Positions 61,545 to 64,000 of a DNA stretch of 64,000 bases are shown here, one piece after another (position 1 is the stretch's first letter; the number at the start of each line of letters is the position of its first letter). The notes beneath the pieces were generated by a model. The model was not told where the DNA came from. It made no database searches and worked only from the letters and a program-made list of their open reading frames with translations. The position numbers were made by a program, and so were the translations under genes. This stretch comes from Alphaproteobacteria bacterium (GTDB lineage: Bacteria > Pseudomonadota > Alphaproteobacteria > UBA828): assembly GCA_965220745.1 (NCBI GenBank), contig CBDCQT010000010.1:256001-320000 (forward strand). The letters are read 5' to 3'.

Positions 61545-62669
61545 TCAACCCTCCAGTGCGGCGCCGACGGTGTCGGCCGCATCGCGCACCATGGCGTCTG
61601 ACAGGTGGGTGTATTTCAGGGTCGTCGCCGGATTCTTGTGCCCGAGCAGCCGGCCGATGGTCAGCACCGTCTCGCCCTGCGCCAGCGCCATGCTGGCGTA
61701 CGTATGACGGCAGTCATGAAGGCGGACATCGTGCAAATCCGCTTCGGCCCTCACGCGATACCAGACCATATCCACCGCCTCCGCGCTCAGAGAGCTGTCC
61801 GTTCTTGGCGATGGAAAGACCCAGGCTGCCGTGCGAGGCAGGTTGTCGAGGATGGCGCGCGCGGCGGACGAGAGCCAGATCGTGCGCGGTCCGACTTTGC
61901 TGTCGGGCAGGAACAGCTTGCCCTCGCGGTAGTAGCGCCACTTCAGAGTGACGATTTCGCCCTTTCGGCATCCGGTGAGCAGCAGCAGTCGTATGATCGC
62001 CACAGCCTGAGGATGATTGGCTTCGTAGTGCTCCAGCACCTCGCCCAGCCGGCGTATCTCCGCGGTCGACAGGTAGCGCTCCCGCCCCTGCCGCCGGTAT
62101 CGCTTGATGCCCTTGCAAGGATTGGTGCCCTCCGGCCGGTAGCCGTAGACTTCGGCCTGACGCATGATGACGGAGAGGATGGGGGCGGATCGGTCCGCCG
62201 CCACCGGAGTATTGTGGAGGGATGCAAACCATTGCTTGACGTCCTGGGCGGCGATGTCAGTGATCAGGCGTCCCTCGAACCAAGGCAGGATCTGGTTCCG
62301 GTAGTAGCCCCGATTGACGCTGAGCGTCGACGGCTTCCAGTTCCGGGCGTAGCGCCGAAACACTTCTTCGGCGACGGTCTCGAACGGGGTGTCCGGCAAA
62401 ATCGCAGCGCCCTCGTCGTTTCCGTTCCGGATCGAGGCCAGCATGACCCTGGCCCGTTCACGGGCATCGTCGACGCCGATGGAGCCGGACTGGCCGACGA
62501 TCCTCCAGACGCGACAACCATTGTGCTGGCTATGGATGAAGTAGCGCTTGTTGCCCGAGGGCAGTACCCTGACGCCGAAGCCCTTGAGTTCGCGGTCGCG
62601 AACGTCGTATGCGGACTTTCGGGGTTTGAGCGCGTCGACGCGGCGTTGACTGAGGCGAAGTGTTGCCAT
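61545..62669 (-). CDS. Tyrosine recombinase A of a tandem pair
   Basis: Arm-binding N-terminus (RD..LKGFGVRV.PSG); TGCRKGEI, SKVG, HDCRH, LLGH, KY; GGAGG RBS. Confidence 0.93.
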   Translation of the reverse strand: MATLRLSQRRVDALKPRKSAYDVRDRELKGFGVRVLPSGNKRYFIHSQHNGCRVWRIVGQSGSIGVDDARERARVMLASIRNGNDEGAAILPDTPFETVAEEVFRRYARNWKPSTLSVNRGYYRNQILPWFEGRLITDIAAQDVKQWFASLHNTPVAADRSAPILSVIMRQAEVYGYRPEGTNPCKGIKRYRRQGRERYLSTAEIRRLGEVLEHYEANHPQAVAIIRLLLLTGCRKGEIVTLKWRYYREGKLFLPDSKVGPRTIWLSSAARAILDNLPRTAAWVFPSPRTDSSLSAEAVDMVWYRVRAEADLHDVRLHDCRHTYASMALAQGETVLTIGRLLGHKNPATTLKYTHLSDAMVRDAADTVGAALEG

Positions 62670-62760
62670 TGGCTTTCCTCCTGCGTTCCGAGTTGCAGCC
62701 GGGGCCAAGACACGAACCGATTCCGCGTCTTCCGGCCAGAGCAGGAGGAAAAAAGCAACG

Positions 62761-63294
62761 CTATGTCAGTACATTAGCACCGAAGGTGCGCATGAAGGTG
62801 TGCTTGAGGGCCGCAATGGCGTGAATGCCGACCAAAGCGATGCCGCCGTAGGCCAGGTAGTAGTGGAGATCGATGGCGAGGTCACGGGCACCGGTGGATA
62901 CGTCGAAGAACGCCGGCACCTCGAAGAGCCCGAACATGTCGATGCCCGCACCCTCGGAGGTCGAGATCAGATAGCCGGTGACCGGCAGCACGACCAGAAG
63001 CGCACCGAGCATCCAGTGCGTGGCGGTGGCGCCGGCGCGTTCGTAAGCGCGTACCTCGGGCCCGTAGCCGGGTTTGCGATCGACCAGCTTCCAGCCGAAC
63101 TTGGCCAGCGCGAGCGCCAGCACCACGATTCCGATGGCCCTATGGAGTGCGAGGGAGTCGTTGTACCAGGGATCGTAATAGGTGAGCCCCACCATCCAGG
63201 CGCCGAGCCCGACGAGGCCCGTGAAGACGATGGCGATGGACCAGTGAAAGCCGATGGCGACGAGCCCGTAGTGGTCTCGACCGCTTCGCCACAT
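62761..63294 (-). CDS. yceJ: Cytochrome b561, C-terminus replaced by island sequence
   Basis: FHW, LHRAIG, THW, LHYY, IHAIAALKH motifs; follows yceI. Confidence 0.9.
   Translation of the reverse strand: MWRSGRDHYGLVAIGFHWSIAIVFTGLVGLGAWMVGLTYYDPWYNDSLALHRAIGIVVLALALAKFGWKLVDRKPGYGPEVRAYERAGATATHWMLGALLVVLPVTGYLISTSEGAGIDMFGLFEVPAFFDVSTGARDLAIDLHYYLAYGGIALVGIHAIAALKHTFMRTFGANVLT
62777..62802 (+). other. Candidate MOBF oriT hairpin and nic site overlapping the island junction
   Basis: GCACC-GAA-GGTGC hairpin followed by GCATGAAGGTGTG. Confidence 0.6.
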
Positions 63295-63329
63295 GACCGC
63301 TCCCTACGGAAGGCGGAACCCCGCAGGCG

Positions 63330-63905
63330 CTAGTTGCGGGTGCCCTCGATGAAGAGGAAGAGCTCCATGGATTCGGACGCGGGCCCCAGGTTGTAGCCCA
63401 TGCCGAATTCCTTGCGGGTGATTGTCACCGTGCCTTCGAAGCCGGCGCGATAGCCGCCCCAGGGGTCTTTGCCCTCCCCCACCTTCTTGACGGCGATGGC
63501 GATCGGCTTGGTGACGCCGTGGAGCATCAGGTCTCCCGTCATCACGCCGCTCTCGGCATCGCCCTCGTAGCCGGTGCTGACGAAGGTGGCGGTGGGGAAC
63601 TCATCGATGTTCAGAAAGTCCGCTGAGCGCAGGTGCTTGTCGCGCTCCGCGTGGTTGGTATCGACGCTGGCCGTGTCGATCTCGACCGTGATCGACTGAG
63701 CCTCCGGCCCTGCCTCTGAATCGAACGTGAAGCTGCCCGAAATCCTCTCGAAGGTGCCGATCATCCAGGACACGCCGACGTGTGAGATCTTGAACTGAAC
63801 GAAGCTGTGGCCCGAATCGATCGTGTAGTCGGCGGCCTTGGCGGCTGGTGCCGAGAAAGCCAGGATGGTTGCGGCCAGGGCAGTCCCGAGAGTGCGTTTG
63901 AGCAT
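63330..63905 (-). CDS. yceI: YceI family lipid/polyisoprenoid-binding protein
   Basis: YTIDSGHS, ERDKHLRSADFL, GDLMLHGVTK, GKDPWGGYRAGF. Confidence 0.95.
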   Translation of the reverse strand: MLKRTLGTALAATILAFSAPAAKAADYTIDSGHSFVQFKISHVGVSWMIGTFERISGSFTFDSEAGPEAQSITVEIDTASVDTNHAERDKHLRSADFLNIDEFPTATFVSTGYEGDAESGVMTGDLMLHGVTKPIAIAVKKVGEGKDPWGGYRAGFEGTVTITRKEFGMGYNLGPASESMELFLFIEGTRN

Positions 63906-64000
63906 GGTTCAAGCGTCCTTTCGACTGATTGTTGTCGTTGCCAGGGACTCCCTAAGTGAAATTAGCCCGTCTCCCTCCAGCATGACCAGGGAGGCGTCGT

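Larger units (their letters stand above)
37063..62802. mobile_element. 25.7-kb integrative mobilizable island inserted in yceJ
   Basis: Exact 11-bp direct repeat ATGAAGGTGTG at 37063-37073 and 62792-62802; split yceJ; relaxase module at one end and two integrases at the other; low-GC cargo patches. Confidence 0.88.

Noticed and set aside
60381-62669. RIT element
   Set aside because: Only two recombinases, both with arm-binding N-termini, and no flanking long inverted repeats seen
37063-62802. Self-transmissible ICE or integrated plasmid
   Set aside because: No VirB4, coupling protein, pilus or intact replication/partition genes seen

Overview
High-GC bacterial chromosome segment, probably alphaproteobacterial; ankyrin/MORN cargo hints at a host-associated lifestyle (inference). 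It has three blocks. (1) 1-24.3 kb is an accessory, transporter-rich region ending at an integrase/AlpA pair next to tRNA-Asn. It holds polyamine-type, Liv-type and Opp-type ABC systems, cupins, RidA, a CoxS/CoxL-like molybdoenzyme, IS3 and IS21 pieces, and a truncated cysI. (2) 24.3-37 kb is core-like: tRNA-Asn, tRNA-Lys, a Fur-boxed iron locus (bfr, bfd, DUF1513, two imelysins, di-heme oxidoredoxin, LbtU-like porin), a 2-hydroxyacid dehydrogenase, LysR, MOSC, GFA and beta-carbonic anhydrase. (3) A 25.7-kb island (37063-62802) is inserted inside the cytochrome b561 gene yceJ. It is bounded by an exact 11-bp direct repeat (ATGAAGGTGTG), and the displaced yceJ C-terminus is visible at 36987-37073. 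One end carries three paralogous RHH/MobC-like genes, a MOBF (TrwC-like) relaxase-helicase and a membrane protein; the other end carries two tandem tyrosine recombinases. The most striking observation is that the right junction (GCACC-GAA-GGTGC-GCATGAAGGTGTG) resembles a MOBF oriT hairpin plus nic site. The attachment core would then coincide with the relaxase nick site, suggesting relaxase-mediated integration or an att/oriT fusion that couples excision to transfer. All family assignments are from motif recognition, not database searches.
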